Source: Alkanindiges illinoisensis DSM 15370
GTDB lineage: Bacteria > Pseudomonadota > Gammaproteobacteria > Pseudomonadales > Moraxellaceae
Reading direction: 5' to 3'
Length of the DNA: 32,000 nucleotides
Assembly (NCBI RefSeq): GCF_000619845.1
Contig: NZ_JHUX01000003.1
Coordinates: 1 to 32,000 of the forward strand
Shown: piece by piece, positions 7,651 to 17,514 of the stretch
How positions within the stretch are numbered: the stretch's first letter is position 1
Layout of the letters: every line of letters begins with the position of its first letter
Translations under genes and position numbers: made by a program
Notes under the pieces: model-generated
Seen by the model: the letters and a program-made list of their open reading frames with translations, nothing else
Databases searched by the model: none
What the model was told of the DNA's origin: nothing

Positions 7651-8901
7651 ATGACCTTACTACAAAATTTTAATTCATTTTCCAATACTCATTCCCAGGC
7701 TATGGGTGGCGCTTTAAACATTGCAATTGTAACTGAAACCTGGCCGCCAGAAATTAATGGGGTGGCCATGTCGATATTACAGTTGTGCAAAGGCCTGCAA
7801 CAGCGGGGCCATCGGATTTTACTGGTTCGGCCTTATCAGCCCAACGAGTGCCACAGTTTTAAGCCAACTGCGGAATGCCTCGTAGCGGCCAGCAGTATCC
7901 CCAAATATCCTGAACTGCGCTTTGGTTATCCCCAATCTAGAAAAATTGCCAAGGCACTGAATCAGTTCAAACCAGACATTGTGCATCTTGTAACGGAAGG
8001 GCCGCTAGGACTGGCTGCGCTCAATATTGCACGACACTGCAATTATCCGGTGTCCAGTGGTTTTCATTCGCCATTTCATGAATTTAGCCGGTTTTTTGAC
8101 TTAAAATTTTTAATTAAACCTGTGCAACATTATTTGCGCTGGTTTCATAACCGCACAGACCTGACCTGTGTGCCGAGCGGAGATACCCAGCAGGCGTTGA
8201 CCAACGCTGGTTTTACTTGCCCGTTGGCACTGGTGTCGCGCGGGGTGGATAGCCAGCATTTCAATCCACAAAAGCGCTGTAAGCAGTTGCGAGAACAATG
8301 GCAGGCTACCCCACAAACTACGGTGATGCTGTATGTGGGCCGTTTGTCACCGGAAAAAAATATTGATCTGGTGATACAGGCTTACCAGCAGGTCAAATCC
8401 AGCCAGCCCGCACGGGATTTTAAGCTAGTGATTGTTGGTGATGGCCCAGACCGTGTGCGTTTAGAAAATCTGATTCCAGAAGCCATTTTTACCGGGATGC
8501 AAACCGGCGAGCAGCTAGCCCGGCACTATGCCAGCGCTGATGTATTCCTGTTTGCCAGCGAAGTGGAAACCTTTGGCAATGTAGTGCTTGAAGCACTGGC
8601 CAGCGGTTTGCCAGTACTGGCCTATGATTATGCCTGTGCTGCACTAACTATTCAGCATAATGTTAATGGCTGGGCATGTCGATTAGGTGATGCAGTCCAG
8701 TTTCAGCAATTGGCTGCCCAGTTGCCAGCACTGGCGCAATTGCAGCAGATGGGTGTGCAAGCCACAAAAACAGTACAACAGTTTGGCTGGTCTATGGCAG
8801 TGGACCAGTTTGAATTTGCCTTAAAAACGACTGCCCATAAACATCAATCCCTTTACTCAACTGCATGGAACAAAGCAATGATCCCGCTATTTATCACTTA
8901 A
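7651..8901 (+). CDS. GT4-family (group 1) glycosyltransferase
   Basis: N-terminal IAIVTETWPPEINGVA and C-terminal E-x7-E motif (SEVETFGNVVLEALASGLPV). An alternative start is at 7702. Confidence 0.8.
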   Translation: MTLLQNFNSFSNTHSQAMGGALNIAIVTETWPPEINGVAMSILQLCKGLQQRGHRILLVRPYQPNECHSFKPTAECLVAASSIPKYPELRFGYPQSRKIAKALNQFKPDIVHLVTEGPLGLAALNIARHCNYPVSSGFHSPFHEFSRFFDLKFLIKPVQHYLRWFHNRTDLTCVPSGDTQQALTNAGFTCPLALVSRGVDSQHFNPQKRCKQLREQWQATPQTTVMLYVGRLSPEKNIDLVIQAYQQVKSSQPARDFKLVIVGDGPDRVRLENLIPEAIFTGMQTGEQLARHYASADVFLFASEVETFGNVVLEALASGLPVLAYDYACAALTIQHNVNGWACRLGDAVQFQQLAAQLPALAQLQQMGVQATKTVQQFGWSMAVDQFEFALKTTAHKHQSLYSTAWNKAMIPLFIT

Positions 8902-8935
8902 GTATTTATGACTTAAACAAGCGTAAGGAGAACCT

Positions 8936-9505
8936 ATGAACAAAATTCAGGCAACCACAATGCGTGCCCATTTGCGCCGCGCCCAGTATCTGGATCTCAG
9001 CTGGTGCATTAAACTTAATCGATATTCCACAACAAAAAATATTGCAATTTTCTTTAAAATAATTAGCCGATTGGGCGATGGCTGGTTCTGGTATGCCAGC
9101 CTATTGGTGCTATGGCTGATCCAGGGCGCAAGTTATTATTGGCAAATGCTATACATTATTTTGGGCATGCTATGTGCCACGGCAATTTATAAGCTATTAA
9201 AGCAAAAGACCTTACGGCCACGGCCTTACCAAGTTCATCAGGTCGTGGTGCTGGGTGAGCGGCCACTGGATCATTTCAGTTTTCCATCGGGTCACACCCT
9301 GCATGCCGTAATGCTGTGTATCCTGCTGGGTTATATGATGCCTGTCTTATTAATCATCCTGTTGCCATTTACCTTACTGGTGGCTGTATCACGGGTAATT
9401 CTGGGTTTGCATTATCCCAGTGATGTGCTGGCTGGTGCAGCCATTGGCGCAATGCTCGCTGGATTGCTTATTGCTCTGGCGCCGGCACTGTATGTGCTGC
9501 TGTAA
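8936..9505 (+). CDS. PAP2-family lipid phosphate phosphatase (membrane)
   Basis: All three PAP2 motifs are present: KQKTLRPRP (K-x6-RP), PSGH and SRVILGLHYPSD (SR-x5-H-x3-D). There are several TM segments and a strong AAGGAG SD. Confidence 0.85.
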   Translation: MNKIQATTMRAHLRRAQYLDLSWCIKLNRYSTTKNIAIFFKIISRLGDGWFWYASLLVLWLIQGASYYWQMLYIILGMLCATAIYKLLKQKTLRPRPYQVHQVVVLGERPLDHFSFPSGHTLHAVMLCILLGYMMPVLLIILLPFTLLVAVSRVILGLHYPSDVLAGAAIGAMLAGLLIALAPALYVLL

Positions 9506-9682
9506 TCTATAATATTTATTGTCAGAAAATAACATCTTAAATCAGTATTTACCTCCAGTAATTTTAATTATCAAGATAGGGGCTGGCGGTTATTCAGCTT
9601 TTGCTTTACATCAGCAGTCAGTCTATTTAGCATGCTGTTGCGCTTTAAGCGCATAATTTATTTTTAAACTGGTAGTTTTTTC

Positions 9683-10150
9683 ATGGATGATCTATTAAGT
9701 CCGGCTGTGGCATTGGCAGTGCTGGCGTCTGGGGTGTTTTTGCTGATTGGCTTGCTCACCGGAATCTGGAAATACGTTGCCATCATGCAAAGTGAAAAAG
9801 CCCGTGCACCTTATTATGTGGATATTGCTCATCGGGCGTCCTTGCTGTATGCCAGTGCAGCGCTAATCCTGGCAGCACTAGCGCATTTTTCTGTATGGCC
9901 AGAGTGGGTCAACTGGTGGGCAGTGCTGGCTAATGTGGTGTATTTTGCGCTGGCCATTGGCACCTATGTGATTCATGGCGCGTTAAAGGATACCGATAAC
10001 CAGCTACGCCGACCGCATCGTCTGGGGCCGATGAGCTTGCCTAGTGTGCTGATTCAGTTATTTATGTGGTCGCTCATTATTGCCGAGCTGGGTGGTACGC
10101 TGGTGTTGCTGGCCGGTGCATGGCAGTTTTTATGGCCACGGGTTATGTAA
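9683..10150 (+). CDS. small integral membrane protein of unknown function (about 4 TM helices)
   Basis: Long ORF with four hydrophobic stretches. No SD was seen and I recognise no family. Confidence 0.55.
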   Translation: MDDLLSPAVALAVLASGVFLLIGLLTGIWKYVAIMQSEKARAPYYVDIAHRASLLYASAALILAALAHFSVWPEWVNWWAVLANVVYFALAIGTYVIHGALKDTDNQLRRPHRLGPMSLPSVLIQLFMWSLIIAELGGTLVLLAGAWQFLWPRVM

Positions 10151-10281
10151 GCAGGGTTATTTTAAGGGTTTCTTTCGCGCAGTATTGATCAAGCTAAAAT
10201 GTATGACAAGGCACTGCAACACAGGCGCTAATTTTTGCTAAAGTAGGCGCCTAAAATAAACCAGAGTTTTGGAGCGATACC

Positions 10282-10482
10282 ATGGGCTTGCGCTGGACTG
10301 ATACCATCGACATTGCCATTGAGCTGTATGAAGCCCACCCGGATGTTGACCCGCAATATGTGCGTTTTACTGACTTGCATCGCTGGGTTTGTGAATTACC
10401 CGATTTTGCCGATGATCCTAACCGTTCCAACGAAGGCCTTCTGGAAGGTATCCAGATGGCCTGGATTGATGAAGCCAGCTAA
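10282..10482 (+). CDS. iscX: Fe-S cluster assembly protein IscX
   Basis: MGLRWTDTIDIAIELYEAHPDVDPQYVRFTDLHRWV... is a typical IscX/YfhJ sequence. GGAG SD. Confidence 0.85.
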   Translation: MGLRWTDTIDIAIELYEAHPDVDPQYVRFTDLHRWVCELPDFADDPNRSNEGLLEGIQMAWIDEAS

Positions 10483-10638
10483 AATAAACGCTGGGGGCTA
10501 ATGGATTCATTGCGCTTTTCGCGCTGAAAAACCGTCTGACAAAACACATTTTGCTTTGGTCTGACGCTATCTTTGTTGGACGACAGCGTTATAATGCGCC
10601 ATCTTTTTTTGATGTTTAATTTTTTAAGGAGCTAAATC

Positions 10639-11070
10639 ATGGCTATCGAACGTACTTTATCCATTGTTAAACCAGATGCTGTTAGCAAAAACCATATCGG
10701 CGATATTTTTAGCCGTTTTGAAAAAGCTGGCCTGAAAATCATTGCAACTAAAATGAAGCACCTGTCCCAGGCTGATGCTGAAGGCTTTTATGCTGAACAT
10801 AAAGAGCGTGGCTTTTTTGGTGATCTAGTTAGCTTCATGACTTCTGGCCCAGTGGTTGTGTCTGTACTGGAAGGCGAAAACGCTGTACTGGCTCACCGCG
10901 ACATTCTGGGTGCAACCAACCCTAAAGATGCAGCACCAGGCACCATCCGTGCTGATTTTGCCAGCAGCATTGATGAAAATGCTGCTCACGGTTCAGACTC
11001 TACCACCTCTGCTGAGCGTGAAATTGCGTACTTCTTTAACGATAACGAAATCTGCCCACGCACTCGTTAA
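10639..11070 (+). CDS. ndk: nucleoside-diphosphate kinase
   Basis: [15 protein letters not shown]...NAAHGSDS (active-site His region). AAGGAG SD. Confidence 0.97.
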   Translation: MAIERTLSIVKPDAVSKNHIGDIFSRFEKAGLKIIATKMKHLSQADAEGFYAEHKERGFFGDLVSFMTSGPVVVSVLEGENAVLAHRDILGATNPKDAAPGTIRADFASSIDENAAHGSDSTTSAEREIAYFFNDNEICPRTR

Positions 11071-11087
11071 TCGTTCATTTTTGCAAG

Positions 11088-11122
11088 CCAGATAAGTGTT
11101 ATGCTTGTCTGGTTTGTTTTTT
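11088..11122 (+). terminator. rho-independent terminator after ndk
   Basis: CCAGATAAG (11088-11096) / CTTGTCTGG (11104-11112), 8 of 9 pairs, then TTTGTTTTTT. Confidence 0.7.
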
Positions 11123-11220
11123 ATACAATATGACATTTGTGTCAATGTATTATTTTATCCATTGTCAAATCTGTAGCTATCATTGGCTGGCTATTGATTT
11201 CGTCTTAAAGATGACAGGTT

Positions 11221-12522
11221 ATGCACATCGAATCCCCTGATTTACTTGCGCAAGCAGAACATATTTCCCCATCCCCGGCAGAACAGGAACAATCTGCTGC
11301 GGCTGCTTGCGCCAGTGAATTATCCGTCCAGTCTAAAGCACATCAAACCAATCTGCTGGGCCTGTCGCGCCCGGAAATGGAACAGTTCTTTGAGGCAATG
11401 GGTGAAAAGAAATTCCGTGCCACACAGGTGCTCAAGTGGATTCACCAGTTTGGCGTAACTGATTTTGACCAGATGACCAATCTGGCCGGTAAGCTGCGTG
11501 AAAAACTCAAAACCGTGGCCTATATTCAGGCACCGGAAGTGGTGCATAAGAATTTCTCCAAAGATGGCACGCGCAAATGGGTGTTCCGCGTGGGTGACGG
11601 GGCGGGTTCACTGGTTGAAACCGTACTGATTCCCGCCGATGACAAAACTGGTGCGCGCAAAACGCTGTGTATTTCTTCGCAAGTTGGCTGTGCACTGGAT
11701 TGCAGTTTTTGCAGTACGGGCAAGCAGGGTTTTCAACGTGACCTGGCTACCGCCGAAATTATTGGCCAGCTCTGGGTGGCGAATCAGTCCTATATGGAAG
11801 ATGTGCCAGTGGGTGAGCGAACCCGCACTGTCACCAACGTCGTGATGATGGGCATGGGTGAGCCATTACTGAACTTTGAACCGGTCGTATCGGCCATGCG
11901 CCTGATGCTGGATGACTTTGCCTATGGCATGTCCAAGCGCCGCGTGACCTTGTCGACTTCCGGCATTGTGCCGATGATTGACAAACTGGCAGAAGAAATT
12001 GATGTGGCGCTGGCGATTTCACTGCATGCACCCAATGATGCGCTACGCAATGAACTGGTTCCCATTAATAAAAAATATCCACTGGCTGAACTGATCCCGG
12101 CTGCACGCCGCTATATTTCTACCGATGGCGTGATTGACAGTGCCCGCAAGCATGTCACTATTGAGTATGTAATGCTCGAAGGCGTGAATGACCAGCCTGA
12201 ACATGCCAAACAATTAATACAACTTTTACGCGATTTACCCAGTAAGATTAACCTGATTCCGTTTAACCCGTTTCCGCATGCGCCGTATGGCCGCTCCAGC
12301 CGCAACCGGATTATGGCTTTTCAAAAGCAGCTGTCTGATGCCGGGTTCGTCTGTACTGTGCGTACGACACGCGGTGATGATATTGATGCCGCTTGTGGGC
12401 AACTGGTGGGACAGGTTGCAGACCGTACCCGTCGTGCTGAACGCTGGCAGAAAAAAGTGTTGCAGCAGCAGGGTGCATCCAAGAACGGGAATCACACTGA
12501 AATACTAAGAACACGAGGTTAA
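11221..12522 (+). CDS. rlmN: 23S rRNA/tRNA adenine-C2 methyltransferase, radical SAM
   Basis: [15 protein letters not shown] radical-SAM cluster motif and overall colinearity with E. coli RlmN. It has a ~45-aa N-terminal extension. Confidence 0.92.
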   Translation: MHIESPDLLAQAEHISPSPAEQEQSAAAACASELSVQSKAHQTNLLGLSRPEMEQFFEAMGEKKFRATQVLKWIHQFGVTDFDQMTNLAGKLREKLKTVAYIQAPEVVHKNFSKDGTRKWVFRVGDGAGSLVETVLIPADDKTGARKTLCISSQVGCALDCSFCSTGKQGFQRDLATAEIIGQLWVANQSYMEDVPVGERTRTVTNVVMMGMGEPLLNFEPVVSAMRLMLDDFAYGMSKRRVTLSTSGIVPMIDKLAEEIDVALAISLHAPNDALRNELVPINKKYPLAELIPAARRYISTDGVIDSARKHVTIEYVMLEGVNDQPEHAKQLIQLLRDLPSKINLIPFNPFPHAPYGRSSRNRIMAFQKQLSDAGFVCTVRTTRGDDIDAACGQLVGQVADRTRRAERWQKKVLQQQGASKNGNHTEILRTRG

Positions 12523-12523
12523 G

Positions 12524-13372
12524 GTGAGCGTTAAGCATAAACCCGTTATGACAATGACATATATCCGTGATAGACAATTAATAAATTTAGGCCGCATGTG
12601 TGCTGTGGCTTTAGGTATGGCATTAACATTCACAGGTTGCCAGACCACCCACAAATTAAAAGCCGATCCCAAGGCTGCTGTTGCTACCCGTACCGCACTG
12701 GCCGCAGAATATATTCGCAGTGGTGATCTGGATGCTGCCAAGCGCAATCTGGATGAAGCCCTGGAAACCGAACCTAGCTCAGTTGAAGCCAACAACATGA
12801 TGGGCGTGCTATTGCAGCAGGAGGGTAGTCCTTCCAATGTGGCCAAGGCCGAAGCCTACTTTAAGCGTGCCATTTCGCTTGATCCCAAATATGCGCAGGC
12901 ACGCAACAACTACGGCGTGTATCTAAGCGGCCGCAAGCGCTACCCTGAAGCGATTGCCCAGTTTCGTGAAGCCGGGGCCACACTGGGCTATGAAGGCCGT
13001 ACTGCTGCCCTTGAAAATCTGGGGCGTACCTATCTTCAGGTAAATGACACCCAAAATGCTGAAAAAGCCTTTAAGCAAGCCTTGCAGGCTAACCGTGATT
13101 CAGTGATTGCCAAGCTGGAACTGGCCGAAATCTTTTTGCAGCGCAATCAGATACGAGATGCCAGCGCGCTTTATAATGATTACCTGCGCCAGATTGGCAC
13201 ACAAAAGCAGGGCGCACGTTCTTTATGGCTGGGAATCCGCATTGCCCGGGCAGAACGTGATACCATACGCATGAAAAATTTTATTAATCAACTTGGTGCA
13301 GACTATCCAGCCAGCACCGAGTATCAACGTTATCTTCAATTGCAACAAACTCCTGAGGCAGTATGGAAATAA
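12524..13372 (+). CDS. pilW: type IV pilus biogenesis/stability TPR lipoprotein
   Basis: Lipobox-like LTFTGC, TPR repeats, and the conserved position between rlmN and rodZ as in Pseudomonas (pilF). The start is uncertain (GTG at 12524, or ATGs at 12548 or 12596). Confidence 0.75.
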   Translation: MSVKHKPVMTMTYIRDRQLINLGRMCAVALGMALTFTGCQTTHKLKADPKAAVATRTALAAEYIRSGDLDAAKRNLDEALETEPSSVEANNMMGVLLQQEGSPSNVAKAEAYFKRAISLDPKYAQARNNYGVYLSGRKRYPEAIAQFREAGATLGYEGRTAALENLGRTYLQVNDTQNAEKAFKQALQANRDSVIAKLELAEIFLQRNQIRDASALYNDYLRQIGTQKQGARSLWLGIRIARAERDTIRMKNFINQLGADYPASTEYQRYLQLQQTPEAVWK

Positions 13373-14172
13373 ACAGCAACCAGCAGCCATCATCAGGTAC
13401 AGGTAACCTGAGTAATGCGCAGCGTCCTGGTGAATATTTGCGTCAATTGCGGAGCATGCAAAAGCGTGAGCTAAGTGAAGTTGCCCGCGAATTGAATATG
13501 CCGGAACGCCAGTTGATTGCACTGGAGGCTGATGACTACAAGTCGCTGCCGGAGCCTGCATTTATCAAGGGTTATTTACGAACCTATGCTAAATTGCTGG
13601 GAGCTGATGCCAGTCACCTGATTCGACGTTTTGATGAAATTTATACCAGCGATACCGGACTGCCAACCAACCATGCACTGGAAAACTCTCCCTTAAAAGC
13701 GCTGGGTCGTTTGCAGCGTGGCCGTCGTGAACGACTGGGCTGGCTCAAATGGATAGTTGGGGCGCTGGTTATTATTGCTATCGTCTGGCTGCTTTATGCA
13801 GGTATCAAGGCATGGCGTAACAGCAAGTCGGCACAGCCTGATGAACCAGTAGCCGCAGAAGTAAATTCCGTGGCAACCACGACGGCGCCTGCAGTTTTGC
13901 CAGTGCCGGCATCAGTACCAGCAACGGCAACCAGCAGTGAAGACCGCCTGAGCCTGACCTTTAGTCATCCAGTTACTGTGTCCATCCATGATGCAACCGG
14001 CAAGAATCTGGCCTCTGGCCGTCAAACCCAGCCATTGACCCTAACTGGACAATCGCCATTTAGCATTCGTCTGGATGATGCCGCTGCTGTGAGTTTAAGC
14101 TTTAATCAGGAACAGATTTCCCTATCGCCCTATACCGTAAATGGCAAGGCTGAGTTCCGGTTATCGCGTTAA
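13363..14172 (+). CDS. rodZ: cytoskeleton protein RodZ (HTH, single TM, C-terminal DUF4115-like domain)
   Basis: N-terminal HTH (GEYLRQLRSMQKRELSEVARELNMPERQLIALE), a central TM helix, and the conserved position upstream of ispG. Confidence 0.8.
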   Translation: MEINSNQQPSSGTGNLSNAQRPGEYLRQLRSMQKRELSEVARELNMPERQLIALEADDYKSLPEPAFIKGYLRTYAKLLGADASHLIRRFDEIYTSDTGLPTNHALENSPLKALGRLQRGRRERLGWLKWIVGALVIIAIVWLLYAGIKAWRNSKSAQPDEPVAAEVNSVATTTAPAVLPVPASVPATATSSEDRLSLTFSHPVTVSIHDATGKNLASGRQTQPLTLTGQSPFSIRLDDAAAVSLSFNQEQISLSPYTVNGKAEFRLSR

Positions 14173-14244
14173 CAGGTTTGGTTTAATGTTTGCCCAGATT
14201 GTTGTTTGGACTTCTCTTTAGAATTTTGACGGAAAACATAAAGA

Positions 14245-15357
14245 ATGCACCACTCTCCGATTGTGCGTCGACCGACCCGTAAAATCCGCGTAGGATCAGT
14301 GTATGTCGGTGGTGATGCGCCGATTACCGTGCAAACCATGACCAACACCGAAACCTGCGATGTGGCTGCTACGGTTGCACAGATTAACCGCTGTGTGAAT
14401 GCGGGTGCAGACATTGTGCGTGTGTCGGTGCCAACCATGCAGGCCGCAGAAGCATTTGGCCAAATCCGTAAACAGGTCGATGTGCCATTAGTAGCTGATA
14501 TTCATTTTGATCACCGGATTGCACTGGCTGTGGCTGACTATGGGGCGGACTGCCTGCGCATTAATCCCGGCAATATTGGCAATGAAGACAAGGTGCGTGA
14601 AGTAGTGGCTGCGGCACGTCATCATGGCATTTCCATGCGTATCGGGGTCAATGCCGGGTCGCTGGAAAAAGATTTACAGGTCAAATATGGTGAGCCAACC
14701 GGTGAAGCCCTGCTGGAATCAGCCATGCGCCATATTGATATTCTGGATCGTTTAAATTTCCATGAATTCAAGGTGAGCGTTAAGGCTTCCAATGTATTTT
14801 TGACACTGGATGCTTACCGCCTGCTGTCTCAGCAAATTGATAATCCACTGCATCTGGGCGTGACCGAAGCCGGTGTATTTCGTTCAGGAACAGTAAAATC
14901 TGCTATTGCATTGGGTGGATTATTGCTGGAAGGCATTGGCGATACGCTACGGGTGTCGCTGGCTGCTGAACCGGAAGATGAAGTCAAGATTGGTTTTGAC
15001 ATTTTAAAATCCCTAAATATTCGTTCCAATGGGATTAACTTTATTGCCTGTCCGAGTTGCTCGCGGCAGGAGTTTGATGTCATCCGGGTCATGAATGCAC
15101 TGGAAGAGCGGCTTGAAGATATCCGCACGCCGATGGATGTGTCGGTGATTGGCTGCAAGGTGAATGGCCCGGGCGAAGCCAAGGAAGCCGATATCGGGGT
15201 GGTGGGTGCCAGTCCGCGCTCACTGGTCTATATGAATGGTGAAAAAAGCCATTTAATTGACACTAATCAGCTGGTCAATGAAATTGAGGCGATGGTGCGT
15301 GCCAAAGTGGATGCGCTTGAAAAAGCCAAAGAAAAAGAGATTATTCGCGCTAAATGA
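14245..15357 (+). CDS. ispG: 4-hydroxy-3-methylbut-2-en-1-yl diphosphate synthase
   Basis: [24 protein letters not shown] and the C-terminal Cys ligands ([19 protein letters not shown]). Confidence 0.96.
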   Translation: MHHSPIVRRPTRKIRVGSVYVGGDAPITVQTMTNTETCDVAATVAQINRCVNAGADIVRVSVPTMQAAEAFGQIRKQVDVPLVADIHFDHRIALAVADYGADCLRINPGNIGNEDKVREVVAAARHHGISMRIGVNAGSLEKDLQVKYGEPTGEALLESAMRHIDILDRLNFHEFKVSVKASNVFLTLDAYRLLSQQIDNPLHLGVTEAGVFRSGTVKSAIALGGLLLEGIGDTLRVSLAAEPEDEVKIGFDILKSLNIRSNGINFIACPSCSRQEFDVIRVMNALEERLEDIRTPMDVSVIGCKVNGPGEAKEADIGVVGASPRSLVYMNGEKSHLIDTNQLVNEIEAMVRAKVDALEKAKEKEIIRAK

Positions 15358-15378
15358 TAAAAGCGCTTTGAGTGGGTT

Positions 15379-16752
15379 ATGAGTTCAATTGTAGCAATAA
15401 AAGGTTTTAATGACATTCTCCCTGCCCAGACGGCAGCGTGGCGTGCGCTGGAAGTTCAGCTTACAGGTTTAATGGATAGCTATGGCTACCAGCAAATTCG
15501 CTTGCCGATTGTTGAGCAAACCAACTTGTTCAAACGTTCGATTGGTGATGCCACCGATATTGTTGAAAAAGAAATGTATACCTTTTTTGACAAGGGTGAT
15601 CCACCGGATTCGCTGACCTTGCGTCCGGAAGGAACAGCAGGCTGTGTGCGTGCCATGCTGGAACATAATTTGCTGCGCGGTGCGGCACCACGGGTCTGGT
15701 ACATTGGCCCCATGTTCCGTTATGAAAAACCGCAAAAGGGCCGCTATCGCCAGTTTCACCAGTTTGGTGTGGAAACCTTTGGCATTGCAACGCCGGACAT
15801 TGATGCTGAACTGATCATGATGACAGCACGGTTGTGGCAGCGTCTGGGTGTGAGCGACAAGGTACAACTGGAACTCAATACCTTGGGCGAAAGTAATGAG
15901 CGCGCCCAATATCGTCAGGCTTTAGTGGATTATTTAACAGCGCACAAACCACAACTGGATGAAGATTCACAGCGCCGTCTGGATACCAATCCGCTGCGTA
16001 TTCTGGACAGTAAAAATGCCCAAACCCAGGCTATTCTGGAAAATGCGCCCAAACTGCATGATTTTATGGGTGAGGAAACCCTGGCCCATTTTGAGCAGCT
16101 TAAAGGCTACCTAACAGCGGCTGGCATTGAATTTGTGATTAACCAAAAGCTGGTACGCGGGCTGGATTATTACAATAAAACTGTTTTTGAGTGGACAACC
16201 ACACATCTGGGGGCACAAGGTACAGTGTGTGCCGGTGGCCGCTATGATGGTCTGGTGGGACAGCTTAAGGGCAAGCCTGAGCAAAGTGTGCCCGCAGTTG
16301 GCTTTGCCCTGGGGATGGAGCGTTTGCTGTTATTGCTGGAGCAAACCAGTCACACTATTAATGTTACTGAATGTGATGTATTCCTGCTGGCTGATCCGGT
16401 TTGCCAGGGGCAGGCACTGGTCCTTGCCGAGCAGCTACGCAGCCAGTTTGCCCAGCAAGGCGTGTTGATTCGCCTAAAAACTGGTTCGCAGGGCAGCCTG
16501 AAAAGCCAGATGAAAAAAGCCGACCAGTCTGGTGCAAGGCTTGCCTTGATTCTGGGCGAGCGTGAAGCTGCCAGTCAGCAGGTCGTGGCAAAAACACTGA
16601 CAACTGGTGAGCAAGCCACTGTTTCATTAACGGATTTAAACCGCTATTTACTTGAACAATTACAACAATCGGCTACAGTAGAGCAATCTTCTTTATCCAC
16701 TAATTCTTTCAGCAGTGATTCTTTTAACCCGCAGACAGGAAGCCCTAGATGA
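15379..16752 (+). CDS. hisS: histidine--tRNA ligase
   Basis: Class II motifs ([42 protein letters not shown]). It carries a Ser-rich C-terminal tail. Confidence 0.96.
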   Translation: MSSIVAIKGFNDILPAQTAAWRALEVQLTGLMDSYGYQQIRLPIVEQTNLFKRSIGDATDIVEKEMYTFFDKGDPPDSLTLRPEGTAGCVRAMLEHNLLRGAAPRVWYIGPMFRYEKPQKGRYRQFHQFGVETFGIATPDIDAELIMMTARLWQRLGVSDKVQLELNTLGESNERAQYRQALVDYLTAHKPQLDEDSQRRLDTNPLRILDSKNAQTQAILENAPKLHDFMGEETLAHFEQLKGYLTAAGIEFVINQKLVRGLDYYNKTVFEWTTTHLGAQGTVCAGGRYDGLVGQLKGKPEQSVPAVGFALGMERLLLLLEQTSHTINVTECDVFLLADPVCQGQALVLAEQLRSQFAQQGVLIRLKTGSQGSLKSQMKKADQSGARLALILGEREAASQQVVAKTLTTGEQATVSLTDLNRYLLEQLQQSATVEQSSLSTNSFSSDSFNPQTGSPR

Positions 16753-17510
16753 GTACCTATTTAAGTGATGAAGAACAAATTGATCGCTTTAAAGGCTTTC
16801 TGAAAACGTATGGCAATGCCATTGTCACTGGTATTCTGGTGGCGCTGATTATCTTTTTTGGCTGGCAGTACTGGCAGAAGAAACAGGCTGTTGAGCGCTT
16901 CAATCTGGCAACCCAATACCAGCAGGTGGTGGATTCCAGCAAGCGTCTGGCAGCTGCACCGGATAACCAGACTGCGCGTACCCAGTATTTCTCTCAGGCT
17001 GATGCACTGGTTAAAGCCAATACAGACAGCGCTCAGGCGCTGCAAACCCATTTTTTAAGTGCCAAGATTGCAGCAGCCAAAGGCGATTATGCCATTGCTG
17101 AAAAACAGTTACTGGCGGCTACCAAGAGCAATGTTAAGGATCAAGGTTTAAAGCAGTTGGCATGGTTGCGTCTGGCTTATATGCAAATGGCGCAAGGCAA
17201 GCATGATGCTGCATTGAGCAGCCTTAAGCAGGTGAATGACGCTGCATTCCTGCCCAGTGCCAATGAAGCCAAAGGTGATATTCTGGTTCAGAAAAATGAT
17301 CTGGCTGGTGCCAAGGCAGCTTATCAGGCTGCCTGGGATGCCTTGGCCAAACGTGAAGAGCCACGTCAGTTATTGCAGGTTAAACTGGAAAGTCTGGGTG
17401 TTCAGGTTCCTGAGCTAAAAATAGACGGCCCTATTCGTCCGGCCAGTGAAACCAATTCTATTCCAGCTGCGCCAGCAGTACCTACAGCACAATCCGGTTC
17501 AGGAGCATAG
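16749..17510 (+). CDS. yfgM: YfgM-family TPR membrane protein (ancillary SecYEG subunit-like)
   Basis: N-terminal [16 protein letters not shown] plus a single TM helix, then a TPR-like region. The ATGA overlap with hisS and the position before bamB are conserved. Confidence 0.75.
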   Translation: MSTYLSDEEQIDRFKGFLKTYGNAIVTGILVALIIFFGWQYWQKKQAVERFNLATQYQQVVDSSKRLAAAPDNQTARTQYFSQADALVKANTDSAQALQTHFLSAKIAAAKGDYAIAEKQLLAATKSNVKDQGLKQLAWLRLAYMQMAQGKHDAALSSLKQVNDAAFLPSANEAKGDILVQKNDLAGAKAAYQAAWDALAKREEPRQLLQVKLESLGVQVPELKIDGPIRPASETNSIPAAPAVPTAQSGSGA

Positions 17511-17514
17511 GATA

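Noticed and set aside
10544-10600. Candidate ndk promoter (TATAAT at 10590-10595) and GTCTGAC direct repeats upstream.
   Set aside because: The -10 is perfect, but no acceptable -35 lies at 16-18 bp. The repeats are only 7 bp long and their spacing matches nothing I recognise. Too weak to report as a feature.
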